DNA of 64,000 bases from Dictyostelium discoideum (Eukaryota), in the NCBI GenBank assembly GCA_000004695.1, contig CM000153.2, positions 5,312,001 through 5,376,000 of the forward strand, in the 5' to 3' direction. A model generated the notes under the pieces. The model was not told the origin of the DNA. It ran no database searches and saw only the letters and a program-made list of their open reading frames with translations. Positions 38,254 to 52,660 of the stretch are shown piece after piece (position 1 is the stretch's first letter; each line of letters starts with the position of its first letter). The translations under genes and the position numbers were made by a program.

Positions 38254-40299
38254 ATCCAACTTGGATTAGTGTTGAATATCCAGAAGATTTTGATTCAACA
38301 ATAAATTATATTAGATTATATGATAATTATTCAAATTTAGTTGCAGATAATTTTTATACAGCAAATATAATAATTTATGATTCAAGAGTTAATGAAAATA
38401 TAAGTTTAACAACATTTATTAGAGGTGGTAGTGGTGATTTTAATTATTCATTTAATGTATTTTCAATTTATGATTTTCAAATTTCAATTAATATTATTGC
38501 AGATGGATTTAATATTAATTATCTTAAATATAAAAGTCCACCAAAATGTTTAAATTTTCAAACTAGTACATTATCTGATGGTTGTATATTTTGTCCAATT
38601 AATCAAGCTGCAACACCTGAAAAAGGTGAATGTACAAAATGTGATACAAATAAATTGGTTTGTTTAAATAATGATGTTCATACATTACAAGATTATTTTA
38701 TGATTAATAATGATGTTTCAAAAGTTTATCAATGTCCATTTGGTTTATGTTCTGGTCAAAATAATTGTAATAGTAATTTATTTTTATTATCAAGTTTACA
38801 AAGTCCATTATGTTCAAGGTGTTTAAATGATTATAATAATGAAAATGATGATGAAAATCAATTTAAATATAATAATAATGAAAATAGTGGTAGTAGTGGT
38901 AATAGTAATAATAATGAAAATAGTAATAGTAATAGTGATAGTAATAGTAATAGTAATAGTAATAGTAATAGTAATAGTAATAGTAATAGTAATAGTAATA
39001 GTAATAGTAATAGTAATAGTAATAGTAATAGTAATGAAAATAATTATAATGGTGGTGATGATGATGATGATGAAAAAAATATTAATAATTATAAACCATC
39101 AAAATCAAAGAATGGATTATATTGTTGTAATAAATTTCAACCATTATTATTAATACCATTTATTTTTTGGATTTTATTTTTTGGATTATTTTTATCATTA
39201 TTTAAAAATGTTATAACTGGTACAATGATTGGTCAAATTATATTATTTTTACAATTAAATTCAATTGTATTTTATCCATTACCAAATATTTATGGTTTAC
39301 AATTATTTAGAATGTCAATTGATTATTTTGATCGATATTGTTTATTTAAATTAGATTATATTGAAAAGATTTCAATTTCATTAATCTCAATATTTTTAAT
39401 TTATTTAATTGGTATTTCAGATGTAACATCAAGATTAATTTTATCAATTTTAAAAAGATCTTTAAAATTAAAGAAACTGATTCCATTGGTAATTGAAAAA
39501 CAACTTCGAAAATTTGAATATTATAAAATGAATAGAATTAATACAAGATTAAAATCAAATTGGAATATTTATTTAATGTTAATTCAACCATTATTTCATT
39601 GTTTAATATCATTAATTGTACCAAAATCAATTGGTTCAACAACTTATTTATCAATTGATTTAACAATACTATTCATTTCAACACCAATTCAAATTGTTTT
39701 CTTTTTTTCAAGTATTGTAATTTTATTTTTATTAGGTATAATCATTCCATTGATTATATTTGTNNNNNNNNNNNNNNNNNNNNNNNNNNNNNNNNNNNNN
39801 NNNNNNNNNNNNNNNNNNNNNNNNNNNNNNNNNNNNNNNNNNNNNNNNNNNNNNNNNNNNNNNAAATCATTATAGAAAAGAATTTAGATGGTGGGATTTA
39901 ATATTTGTTTTTAAAACTATACTATTCACTTCACTATCTGTAACTTTATTGTATAATCCACCCGTTTATTTTTCAGCTTTAGTAATTTGTCAAATTGTTT
40001 ACTCTTATTCACAATTTGCATTCTCACCACAAAGAAAAGATCATATGTATAGAGTTGAAAATTTATTAAATCTATTTCAACTTTCAATATTAATCGTAAT
40101 TAATACTTCAATAATTAGAAATTTATCTTTTAATTTAATTGGTATTTTATTTACTATTGTAATTTTCTCTTGTTCTTTAATAACAATAATTTATAAATTA
40201 TTCTTTTATAAAAAATTAAAAACTATTAAAAATCATAGACTTTTAAATTTAATTATAAATGTTGATGATAATAAAAAAAAAACAAATAAAAATAAATAA
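38254..40299 (+). CDS. Paralog B, 3' exon (Cys-rich stalk plus multipass TM domain), interrupted by a 100-N gap at 39764..39863
   Basis: Intron 38128..38253 (GTAAGT..TAG). The spliced ..GDNIGS-Y-PTWISVEYPED.. aligns with ..GDFVASSPTLIKIELPD.. in A, which has no intron at this site. (AGTAAT)n-encoded (SN)n tract. Confidence 0.6.
39764..39863. other. Assembly gap (100 N)
   Basis: Run of n characters. Confidence 1.
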
Positions 40300-40562
40300 A
40301 TAAATAAAAAAAAAAAAAACAATTATTTAAAAACAAATAAAATAAAATAAAATAAAATAAATATTTAAATAATAAAAAAAAAAAATTTATTTAAACTTTA
40401 TAATTAATTTTTAAAAAATAAACTATTAATAATGACAATGATTGTCACTCCATTGGCAATTTGATAAAACACAACTTAATTTACCTTTAATTGATTCACA
40501 AAACTCTTTAAAAGAAAAAAAAAAAAAAAAGTTAATAAAAGTTTTATATTAGTATTTAATTA

Positions 40563-40822
40563 TTATAAAAAAAAAGGAAAAATAATTCTTTTAAAATTCT
40601 TACTCTTTAAACTTTCTTGTTCACCTTCAACTTTATTACATGATTCATTTTCCCATTGACAACCATATTGTGAACTTTCATTACAAATTGATTCGGAAAG
40701 ATAAGAACAAACACTATTACCTTGGTATTCTTCAGTTACTTCAACTGCATTTTCAATTGCATCAAGAGCTGATTCTCTTCTAATTGTAACACAAGCAAAT
40801 TTATTATGACCTAAAGCTTTCC

Positions 40823-40824
<2 letters not shown>
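40563..40824 (-). CDS. Small secreted Cys-rich protein, exon 2 (the two-exon gene is ~126 aa total)
   Basis: ..WKALGHNKFACVTIRRESALDAIENAVEVTEEYQGNSVCSYLSESICNESSQYGCQWENESCNKVEGEQ..*. Joined to exon 1 through intron 40825..40954 (GTAAAT..AG, phase 2). Confidence 0.45.
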
Positions 40825-40859
<35 letters not shown>

Positions 40860-40954
40860 TTTTTAAATAATAAATAAAAAAGAAAAATTAGTATTGATGA
40901 TGATGGTGGTGATGACAAAGATAGAATGAAGATTTAATAGAATTAAATATTTAC

Positions 40955-41073
40955 AAGCATGGTGGAGAATTTAATGCACAATAAAATGCATTTCTATTTG
41001 ATGAACAGCTTGCAGCATTTGTAATACCAACAAATAATAATACAGCAACTAATAAAGATACAATGAATTTCAT
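40955..41073 (-). CDS. Small secreted Cys-rich protein, exon 1 (signal peptide)
   Basis: MKFIVSLLVAVLLFVGITNAASCSSNRNAFYCALNSPPC then GTAAAT donor. Not in the ORF track because it is split by an intron. Confidence 0.45.
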
Positions 41074-41823
41074 TTTTTATGAATAACTTTGATTTAATAA
41101 TTCTACAATAAAAAAAAAAAAAAAAAAAAAACAGCAAAGAAAACAAAAAAAAAAAAAAGTAAAAAAAAAATAAAAAAAATAAAATTTTGGTTTTATCCCA
41201 CCAGGCTATGAGATATTTTTTGAAACCCACAAAAAAAAATTTTTAAAAATTGATCAATTTTTTTTCGGCTTCAAATAATTTTATTTTAAAAATAAAAATT
41301 TCGTGGTATTCAAAATTGAATTGAAATTTGATTATTTAAAAATTTTATGTAATGCTTAATCTTTTATTTTATTTTTATTTTCTTAATCTTTTATTTTATT
41401 TTTATTTTCTTTTATTTTTTTTTTTTCTTTTTTTTTATTTTTTTTTTAATTATTATTTTTTTCTTTTAAAACCTTTATCAACGAGCAAAATTGTCAATTC
41501 TAAATTAAATAATAATAATAAAAATGACAGAAGCAACAATGATTGCACTTAAACAAATAATGCAAATTTAAAATTAAAAAAAAAAAAAAATTTAGTTTTA
41601 AAAAAATAATGGTAATAATTTAGTAAAAACAACAATTAATTTTTCAAATCTTTGTTTTATTGTTTCTTATTGAGTAACATTTAATGATGATTGTGGTTTA
41701 TAATTTACAAAAAGTTTTTTTTTTTCTTTATTTTAATCTTATCATTATTTTTGAAATAAAAGTTTTATTATATTATATAATTGTTGTTTTTACTAAATTT
41801 TCTTTTTATATATAAATATTTGT

Positions 41824-42075
41824 TTATTTCTTTTCATCTTTTGAATTATCTTTATCTCTAAACTCTGGTTTTAATTCATATAAATGATGGTAAGGTCCTC
41901 TTTTGTTTAAGATACAAACTTTCTCTAAAATTGTCTTTAAATGATTCTTTGGTTGTTCTGTAAATGATTCCAATGTTTTAAGATCTAAATGTTTCTCTGC
42001 TCTAAATGCACTGAAGATAAGATCAAGAACTTCATCTTCTGGTAATTTTTCTTTTTTGTCTGTAGATTTCTTTTT
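41824..42075 (-). CDS. gtf2f2: General transcription factor IIF subunit 2 (TFIIF-beta/RAP30), exon 3
   Basis: KKKSTDKKEKLPEDEVLDLIFSAFRAEKHLDLKTLESFTEQPKNHLKTILEKVCILNKRGPYHHLYELKPEFR (cf. human ..VLDMLFSAFEKHQYYNLKDLVDITKQPVVYLKEILKEIGVQNVKGIHKNTWELKPEYR). Confidence 0.75.
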   Translation of the reverse strand, partial: KKKSTDKKEKLPEDEVLDLIFSAFRAEKHLDLKTLESFTEQPKNHLKTILEKVCILNKRGPYHHLYELKPEFRDKDNSKDEKK

Positions 42076-42187
42076 CTTTATAGTTTTGATATAAAATGAG
42101 AATTAATAAAAATTTTTATTTATTTTTTTTAAAAAAAATAAAAAATAAAAAATAAAAAATAAAAATAAATAAATAAATAATACTTAC

Positions 42188-42502
42188 TTGAGTAATACCA
42201 ACAGTACTAACTTTAACTTTATTTGCATCGAAAAGTGTTGGAGTGAATAGTTCGGATTCATCAATGACTTGAGTCATTCTAGTTTTAGTATTATATTTAG
42301 TATGTCTTGATTTCATTAGATCTCTATATTGTGGTGATTCAACATCAATCTTTATATCACATCTTAACCCTATATTACCTTCCAATGCTAATGCACCATC
42401 TTTATCCTCTGAAAATATTTTTAATGGTTGATTATCTAATGTATTTGCTGTTGTAATTAATTGAAATTCTTGTCCAACATCTGGTCCATATGATAATGAT
42501 AT
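42188..42502 (-). CDS. gtf2f2: TFIIF-beta, exon 2 (introns 42076..42187 and 42503..42601)
   Basis: ISLSYGPDVGQEFQLITTANTLDNQPLKIFSEDKDGALALEGNIGLRCDIK... in frame between TATAG acceptor and GTAAGT donor. Confidence 0.7.
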
Positions 42503-42601
42503 CTATATAAAATAAATAAATAAATAATTAAATAAATAAAACTTTTATATATTTATATCTATACTATATATATATAAAGAAATAAAGAAATAAATTCTTA
42601 C

Positions 42602-42760
42602 ATTGTCACCACCTTTTATATGAATTTGACCAATTTCACCTTGACCAATCTTTTGCCAACTTTCTGATAAAAACTTTGGTACTTTAATTAACCAAACTTG
42701 ATTATCTGCATTATCTGTATTAACTTCACCTACTAAAGCATCATTCTTTTCTTCGCTCAT
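42602..42760 (-). CDS. gtf2f2: TFIIF-beta, exon 1
   Basis: MSEEKNDALVGEVNTDNADNQVWLIKVPKFLSESWQKIGQGEIGQIHIKGGDN (cf. human RAP30 GVWLVKVPKYLSQQWAKASGRGEVGKLRIAK); GTAAGA donor. Confidence 0.75.
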
Positions 42761-43377
42761 TATTTTCTATTTTAATATATATTTAAGTGTTTTTGTGGTG
42801 AAATTAAAATGAAAATAAAAATAAAAAAAAAAAATAAAAAAAAAAAATGAAAAAGTTGGGAATAAAAAAAAAATAAAAAAAATAAAAAATAAAAAAAAAA
42901 AATAAAAAAAATAAATTAAAAAAAAAAAATAATTACATTCAATTAAATTAGATTATTAAAAAGAAGATTATTTTATTTTTTTTTTATTTCAATTTTTTTA
43001 TTTATTTTTTTATATATTTTTTTTTTTTTTATTTTTGTTTTTTTTTAAAAAAAAAATAATTAATAATTTTTAAAAATATGGAGTTTATTATTTAATTTTT
43101 TTTTTTATACATAGATAATTAATTTAATAAAACCAATTAAATTTTATTTTTTATTTTTTTATAAATATATATAATACAATTAAATTAATTATATTTTTTT
43201 TTCTTTTTTTTTTTTTAATTAAATTAATTATTTATTTAATTAAAAAAAGTGGAAAGATTTTTTTTTTTTTTTTTGTTGGAAATTCGATTTCCAACAATTG
43301 TTGAAATTTTAAAATAAATATATACATATATATATAAATTGACATGAACCTTTTTGGAAAGAAAAAAAACTAATCAA

Positions 43378-45627
<2,250 letters not shown>

Positions 45628-45663
45628 TTTATTATTATTTAAATTTTAAAAAAATTTAAATTG

Positions 45664-45705
<42 letters not shown>

Positions 45706-46265
45706 TATTTAAATATTTTTTATTTATATAATTTACAAATGTAAAGATAGAATGAAGATAATTATTTTTATTTACAAATTTTACAATAATTTTAATTTAT
45801 AAAAAAAAAAAAAACAATAAAAAAAAATAAAAAAAAAGATATGTAATGTTGTTTGTGAAAAAAAAAAAGTTTAAAATAGATTTTTTGATTGAAAAAAAAA
45901 AAAAATTAATAAAAAATTTAATTAAATCTTTTGATATTGTAAATTTAACTTTAATTGGTGGAGTTTTTTTATTTTTATTTTTTTTTTTTTTTTTTATTTT
46001 TTTGAAATTTTATGAAAAAAAAAAAATAAAAAAAATAAAAAAAATAAAAAAAAATAAAGATATATATAATTGGTTGAAATTATGTGTTGAATTGTTTTTA
46101 TTTACAGATATATTGTAATTTTACAGTAATTAATTTTTTTTTTTTTTTTTTTTTTAATGATGAGAAAAAAGGAATTTAATTTTTTTATTTAATTTTTTTA
46201 TTTAATTTTATTTATTTTTTTATTTTTTTTTTTTTTTTTTGTTATTTTATTTTTAAAATTATTTT

Positions 46266-46301
<36 letters not shown>

Positions 46302-47560
46302 CAAAAATTTGATCACCCCCAATTTTTTTTTTTACCTTTATTATCAAAAAAAATATTGTTACTCATTCAATGTGGTTTCAAATATAAACACATTGTTTTG
46401 TGGTGGTGTGGGGTTATTAATATAATTTTTTAAAAAAAAAAAAAAATAATAAAAAAAAATAAAAATATTGGCCTCAACCAAATCACAAATAGAATTGAGT
46501 GTTTGTTTTCAAATTATAGTGTGAACCTTTTATGAAAATAAATTAAAATTGTTTTTATCACCACTAAATCCTTGAATCAAAAAAAAAAAGATTAAGTTAT
46601 TTTTAGCATATCAAAAAAAAAAAAAAAAAAAAAAAATTATAAAAATAAATAAATTAAAAAAAATAAAAATAATAAAAAAAGATATAAAAAGAAAAAAAAA
46701 AAAATTAAAATTATTAATATGGAATTACCATTTTTGTTGCAAAGCTTTATTTTGAAAATATTTTAAAAAAAAAAAAAAAAAAAATTATATGATGATATTT
46801 TTAGTAAGATTAATTGAGATTTTTTTTTTTTTAAAAAATATCTATATTTTTTTTTTAAAAGATCCAATGAATTGAAAATTTTAAATATTTTTTTTATTAA
46901 AAAAAAAAGATATTAAAGTGGATTTTTAAATTATCAAATAACTAAATAGGGTAAAATCTTTAAAAAATAATCTCAATTCAGTGTTTTTTTTTTTTTTTTT
47001 TTGCCATTTAAATTAAAATAACAATTGACTAGATTTTTATACCAATTATTTAATTTTAAATCTATCCAATTGATTTTTTTTTTAATTAAGGCTAAAAATT
47101 TAAAATTATCCATTTTTTTTTTTTTTTTTTTTTCCTTTTTAAATATAGGCTTTAAAAAATTGTTAAAATAATAAATAAAAAAAATAAAAAAAATAAAAAT
47201 AAAAAAAATAAAAAAAATAAAAAATTTGATATACAATTAAATAACAAAAAACTTGTTTTTTTGAACTTAATATCTATTTTTATATAAAAAAATAAATAAA
47301 TAATTATTAAAAAGAAAATGTGGTTTTGAAAAAAAAAAAAAAATAAAAAAAAAAAATAGTCCAAATCAGGTGGTTTGGATAATTTTATTTTTTTTATTTT
47401 TTTTTTATTTTTTTTTTATTTTTTTAATAAAAAAATAAGAAAATGATTTTTTTTTATTTTTTTTTATTTTTTATTTTTTTTTTATACATAAAATTTTTTA
47501 TATTTTTTTTCTCAACAAATAATAAAAAACAAATAAAAAAAAAAATTAAAAATTAAAGAA

Positions 47561-48251
47561 ATGATATTATTATATAATAATCATTTTGATGAAAACGAGA
47601 TAGAAAAAGGAATGAAAGAAATCAATAATAATAATAATATTAATATTAATAATAATATAAATAATAATAATAAATCACAAAATATAAAAAATGAAATGTA
47701 TACAATTAAAAAAAAAGAAATTATTGATATTAAATTAATAAATGATGATAATAATAACAATAATAATAATAATAGTAATTGTAGTTGTAGTAAAGAATCA
47801 TCAACTTCTTCAACATCAATTATATCACTGTCATCATTTTTTTCAAGTATAAATAATATTTATGATGAAGATGAAATTGAAAGAGCAATTGGTTTAAAAA
47901 AAAGTAATAAAATTTATAATAATACAATTATTTATAGATCAACAAGTCAACATAAAAATTTAATACCATTATATGAACATTATTATAAAGTTTCAAAATC
48001 AACTAAATTAATTTTTACAACAGATCAATTCGACCCAAAAGTTGATATAGATAATGATAATTTAATTGTATTTGCCAAAGGATTAGAACCTTTAATTCAA
48101 GAGAATTTTGAATTTTATTGTTCAGAATTAATTCATCTCTTTGAAATTTTAAAAAAACATAATGCAAATAATATGAAAATTTTATTATTATCATTAAATT
48201 CACAATATAATTCATTTTTAAATTCATCATTAATTGGTTTAATTAAATATT

Positions 48252-48316
<65 letters not shown>

Positions 48317-48712
48317 CAATTCATTTCAATTGATTTCGATAATAATTCATATTATAATAATAATATTTTCAATAATATTGAATTAATTATGACGAATTTT
48401 ATTAATTATAATAATATAAATAATAATAATATAAATAATAATAATAATATAATTCAAATTATAAATAATAAAATATTTAAAGAATATAATCAAATGATTG
48501 ATGAAAATTTTAATAATAAAAATAAAATCGATAAGGAAGATGATAAATTTGGTAAGACAGTATTAATTACGGGTCAAGAAGGTTTATCATTACAATTTTT
48601 AAAATGGATTATAAATAAAAGAAATACCAATATAAAAGATATAATTGTTGTATCAAAATCATCAATTGATTGGGAAATTGAAAAATTAATTGAATATTGC
48701 ACCACCAATAAT

Positions 48713-48786
<74 letters not shown>

Positions 48787-48928
48787 CGATAATCAAATTA
48801 CAATTCATTTCAAAAATTTAGATATTTCAAAAATGTATTCAATTAAAAATTTATTAAATCAAATTTATAAAGATAATAATATATCACCCGTTGAATCTAT
48901 ATTTCATTTCTCTAATAATAACAATATA

Positions 48929-49012
<84 letters not shown>

Positions 49013-49255
49013 TTTAAGAAATTTCATGATTGTAGTTCAAATGGTTCATTAAATCTACATCAAATATCAATTGAAATGAAATGGAATTTAAAAACATTTT
49101 TATTAAATGGTATGAATATTAGCAACAACAATAATAATAATCTTGGTGAAATTAGTTCAAATGAAGTTTTAGAATCATTAAATAATTACAGAAAATCAAT
49201 TGGATTATCATCAAGTTTAATAAAATGGTCACCATCAAATATTTATGATAGTAAC

Positions 49256-49289
<34 letters not shown>

Positions 49290-49351
49290 TTGAAATTATT
49301 GAATTTTTAATTAATAATAAAGAAAATTATTCAAATATTAGTATTTTGTAA
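47561..49351 (+). CDS. Stand-alone PKS-derived KR-like fragment gene (or pseudogene), extremely Asn-rich, 596-aa ORF
   Basis: KFGKTVLITGQEGLSLQFLKWIINKRNTNIKDIIVVSKSSIDWEIEKL ... ISPVESIFHFSNN and NLHQISIEMKWNLKTFLL..NNYRKSIGLSSS are collinear with PKS KR segments ([77 protein letters not shown]). Confidence 0.55.
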
Positions 49352-49509
49352 ATAATAAAAATAAAATAAATTTTTGTAAATTAAAATATTCTTTTTATTT
49401 ATTTAATAAAATAATAATAATAAATTGATTATAAATTTTGTTTTTTTTTTTTTTAATTTTGTTTTTTTTTTTATTTATTTTCTTTTACGAAGATTATTAT
49501 TATTATTTA

Positions 49510-49591
<82 letters not shown>

Positions 49592-49881
49592 TGATTTTGA
49601 AATAAGTAAAGACATTAAACTTGAAAAAGAATCACTCTTATTATTTAATAATTCAATTGCATAATTATAAGATTCATCTTTTGAAACACCAAATGCTTTT
49701 GAAACTTCTGTCGAACCTGTTTTTATAATGGTTGAATAAAGTGGAAAATCATTTTTTGGTGGGATTGTTCTTTTTTAAAAAAAATAAAAAAAAAAAAAAA
49801 AAATTATAATAATAATAATATTAATATTGTTTTTTTTTTTTTTTTTTTTTTTTCTCATGTATATTTTTAAAAATTTAATAA

Positions 49882-50514
49882 TTACTTTATAATTGGTGGT
49901 TCTAATTTAAAATTTGAAAAATTTTTAATTAAAATTGATTCAGGTTTATTTAATATAAAAGATTCTAAAGATTGTTGGGGTTGTCTTAAGATTTGAGTAT
50001 GAATGAAATTACGAACAGTTTTAAAATCAGTTTCTAAATAAAGTGCACCAATGAATTTAATTAAACAACGATATGAATAATGACTAAAATAAATTGATTT
50101 ATAAAATGAATTTGAATTAATTTGAAAACGAATAAATTCTGATAAACCAATATCTTTACAACGTTCTCTTAAAAAGTAAGAACTTTTAATTGATTCTCTA
50201 AACTCTTCAAATATTGATTGATCATTAAATGAAAATTCTGAATCTGAAATTGAATGTCTATAACATAATTCTCCAAAAAATCTTAATTTATTTTGTTCTG
50301 CTTCATTTTGTAAACTTGGACAATGTGTTAAACTATCAATTATAATTTTTGGAATTTCAAAGTCATCATTGCCATTTTTTGAAAATTTAATATTTAAATC
50401 TTTTAATAATTTTAATAAACTTGGTTTAAATTCTGTTTCCATATCTTCATTAACTTTTTTACCATATAATTCAGAGGTGGTGGTGGTTGTTGTTGTTATT
50501 GTTTTATCAATTTG

Positions 50515-50547
<33 letters not shown>

Positions 50548-50787
50548 TCCATTCGTTATTGTTATAACTTTTGAATCATTTATATCAATACCTTCAACAT
50601 CTAAATATAATGGTTCTAAATCATCAAATTGTTCGGTTGTTTTTATTATATTTTGAGTTTTTAAACGAATAAATCTTTTATTATTATTATTAAAATTATT
50701 AAAATTATAAAATATATTTTTATTTTCAATAAATAAATTTTTCCTAATATTACAATTATTTGTAATTTTAATAATATTTTTAATCAT
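49882..50787 (-). CDS. RNase III-domain-like protein (degenerate signature; possibly a mitochondrial ribosomal protein L44/L3-type)
   Basis: NKLRFFGELCYRHSISD (cf. ERLEFLGDA) and IKFIGALYLETD (cf. FEALIGAIYLD); basic N-terminus MIKNIIKITNNCNIRKNLF. Confidence 0.35.
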
Positions 50788-51023
50788 TTTATTTTTTTTT
50801 TTTTTTTATTTTTTTTTTTTTTTTAATTAAATATAACTTTTTTTTAAAAAATCTGTAAAAAAAAAAAATATAAAAAAAAAAAAAAAGGCAAAAAAAAAAA
50901 AAAATATAAAAAATAAAAAAAAAAATTATGAAAAAACGTAAAAAAACGAATCTCTGTTTTTTTTATTTTTTTTTTTTTTTTTATTTTAAATTAACTATAG
51001 TTTTTTTTTTAAATTTATTTTAT

Positions 51024-51512
51024 TTATTTTAATTTTTTATTATTATTTTGATTTTGATTTTGGTTTTGATTTTTTTTTGAAAAAATTATTAATTTAATAA
51101 ATAAAAATATATTTATAAAGAAACCTAATGTTAATACAAAGATTCCAAAAAATATGAAAACATATTTAAGTAAACAAAAGTTTGAACCAAAATAAATAAA
51201 AGTATCAATTGATGATGATGGATAATTTTTTAAAATTTGATAATGACAATAATTTTCAAGTTCATCAAAAATTAAACCTAAAATTGGTATTAAATTATAA
51301 AGGTCACTAAATGATTTTTGATTTTCATAACCCAAGATTGGGTATGTTTTTGATAACATTGAAATTACAATAATTGCTAAAAGAATTGGAAATATAATAT
51401 CATAATAACTTGTATACATTGTCATATATAAATCTCTACCTTTTGGTCCTAATAATTCTAATGTTTGAATTGCTTGAGTCTTTGTATAACCTATTAAATA
51501 TGAATCTAATAA
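51024..51512 (-). CDS. Multipass membrane protein of unknown function, exon 2 (gene ~207 aa)
   Basis: Frame open upstream of the ORF-track Met: LLDSYLIGYTKTQAIQTLELLGPKGRDLYMTMYTSYYDIIFPILLAIIVISML...; several hydrophobic helices. Confidence 0.45.
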   Translation of the reverse strand, partial: LLDSYLIGYTKTQAIQTLELLGPKGRDLYMTMYTSYYDIIFPILLAIIVISMLSKTYPILGYENQKSFSDLYNLIPILGLIFDELENYCHYQILKNYPSSSIDTFIYFGSNFCLLKYVFIFFGIFVLTLGFFINIFLFIKLIIFSKKNQNQNQNQNNNKKLK

Positions 51513-51615
51513 CTTTTTTTTTTTTTTTTTTTTTTTTTTATTATTTAATATTTTTAATAATAATAATAAGAAAATATAAATAATTTTTTAAAAATAAAAA
51601 ACACTCAATACTTAC

Positions 51616-51750
51616 ATTAATACTTAATTGTGACATAATTTTTGTTGACATTAAATTGAAAATAAAAAATGCCAAAACTAATGTAGGAAATAATACATAT
51701 GGTGAACCTGTTAAATTTCTTAACTTGTTTGATAAACTTCTTAAAAACAT
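51616..51750 (-). CDS. Same membrane protein, exon 1; intron 51513..51615 (GTAAGT..AG)
   Basis: MFLRSLSNKLRNLTGSPYVLFPTLVLAFFIFNLMSTKIMSQLSIN then GTAAGT. Confidence 0.4.
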
Positions 51751-52282
51751 TTTATTTTTACTTTTATTATTATTATATATAAATATATAAAACCATACAA
51801 TTAAAAAAAGAGTGAAAAAATAAAAAAACTAAAAAAAAATGAATTTGGTTTTTTTTTTTTTTTTTTTTTTTATAAAAATAAAAAAATTTTCCATTTTTTT
51901 TTTTTTTTAATTATTTTTTATCATTATTTGATTATTAAATAAATCAATAATAAATCAAATTAATAATAAAAACTTTATATTATGTCTCATTTAGAAATTA
52001 TAATTTCCTTTTTTTTTTATAAAATAATTAAAAACAAATATTAATTTTTTTTTTGGAAATATTATTAAACAACCAAAATATTCAATTTAGATAATAATAA
52101 AAAAAACATGATTAATTAAAAAATTAAAATTTTAGATTTTATAAAAATAAATTATTTTATTTAATATTTTTTTTAAAATATAAAAAAAAAACCCCACAAA
52201 GCTAATTAAATAATAAAAAAATACTAATGTTAGAAACTAATTTAGAAATATTATTTAATATTTAATTTATAAATATTTAAAT

Positions 52283-52375
52283 GGTTATTATCAGACAAAA
52301 ATTTTGTACACGTAATGTTTCTATCCGCAAATAAAACTCAGTCCGCTCGTCAAGGGTTCACATCATTAAATAACC
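52283..52375 (-). ncRNA. Box C/D snoRNA (1 of 3)
   Basis: Minus strand reads GGTTATTtaATGATGTgaaccc..gcggaCTGAg..ttgtCTGAtAATAACC: terminal stem GGTTATT/AATAACC, C box AUGAUGU, D' CUGA, D box CUGA 4 nt before the 3' stem; ~93 nt. Confidence 0.6.
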
Positions 52376-52570
52376 AAATAAATCAATACTAATTAAAAAT
52401 TATAAAAAAGAAATTAACATACCAATTAAAATGCAGTTATATAGCAAGACTTTAAAACAAAGAGCTAGTTATTTTTTTATTTGTACAGGTTCTAAATTTT
52501 AAATTAAAAAATAATATTAATAACTGATTTTTTTTTTAAAAAAAAAAAAAAATAGAAAATTATTAAAGGA

Positions 52571-52660
52571 CCAATTGATAAATCAGACGTGTTAAAAAAG
52601 ATGTCCTCATTTTACAATCAGACATATGCTTGTATGAAAATCATCATATCTATCAATTGG
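52571..52660 (-). ncRNA. Box C/D snoRNA (2 of 3)
   Basis: Minus strand reads CCAATTGATAgatATGATGAttttcatacaagcatatgTCTGAttgtaaaatgaggacatcttttttaacacgTCTGAtTTATCAATTGG: perfect 10-bp terminal stem, C box, D' and D boxes. Confidence 0.65.

Noticed and set aside
38827-39153. 108-aa ORF of (IV)n
   Set aside because: Alternate-frame reading of the (AGTAAT)n repeat inside paralog B.
41352-41410. Tandem 29-bp duplication CTTTTATTTTATTTTTATTTTCTTAAT
   Set aside because: Low-complexity AT-rich slippage in a spacer; no evidence of function.
45846-47364. Several 70-90-aa ORFs (45846.., 46973.., 47152..) in the intergenic spacer
   Set aside because: Composed of poly-K/F/I from A/T homopolymers; no complexity.
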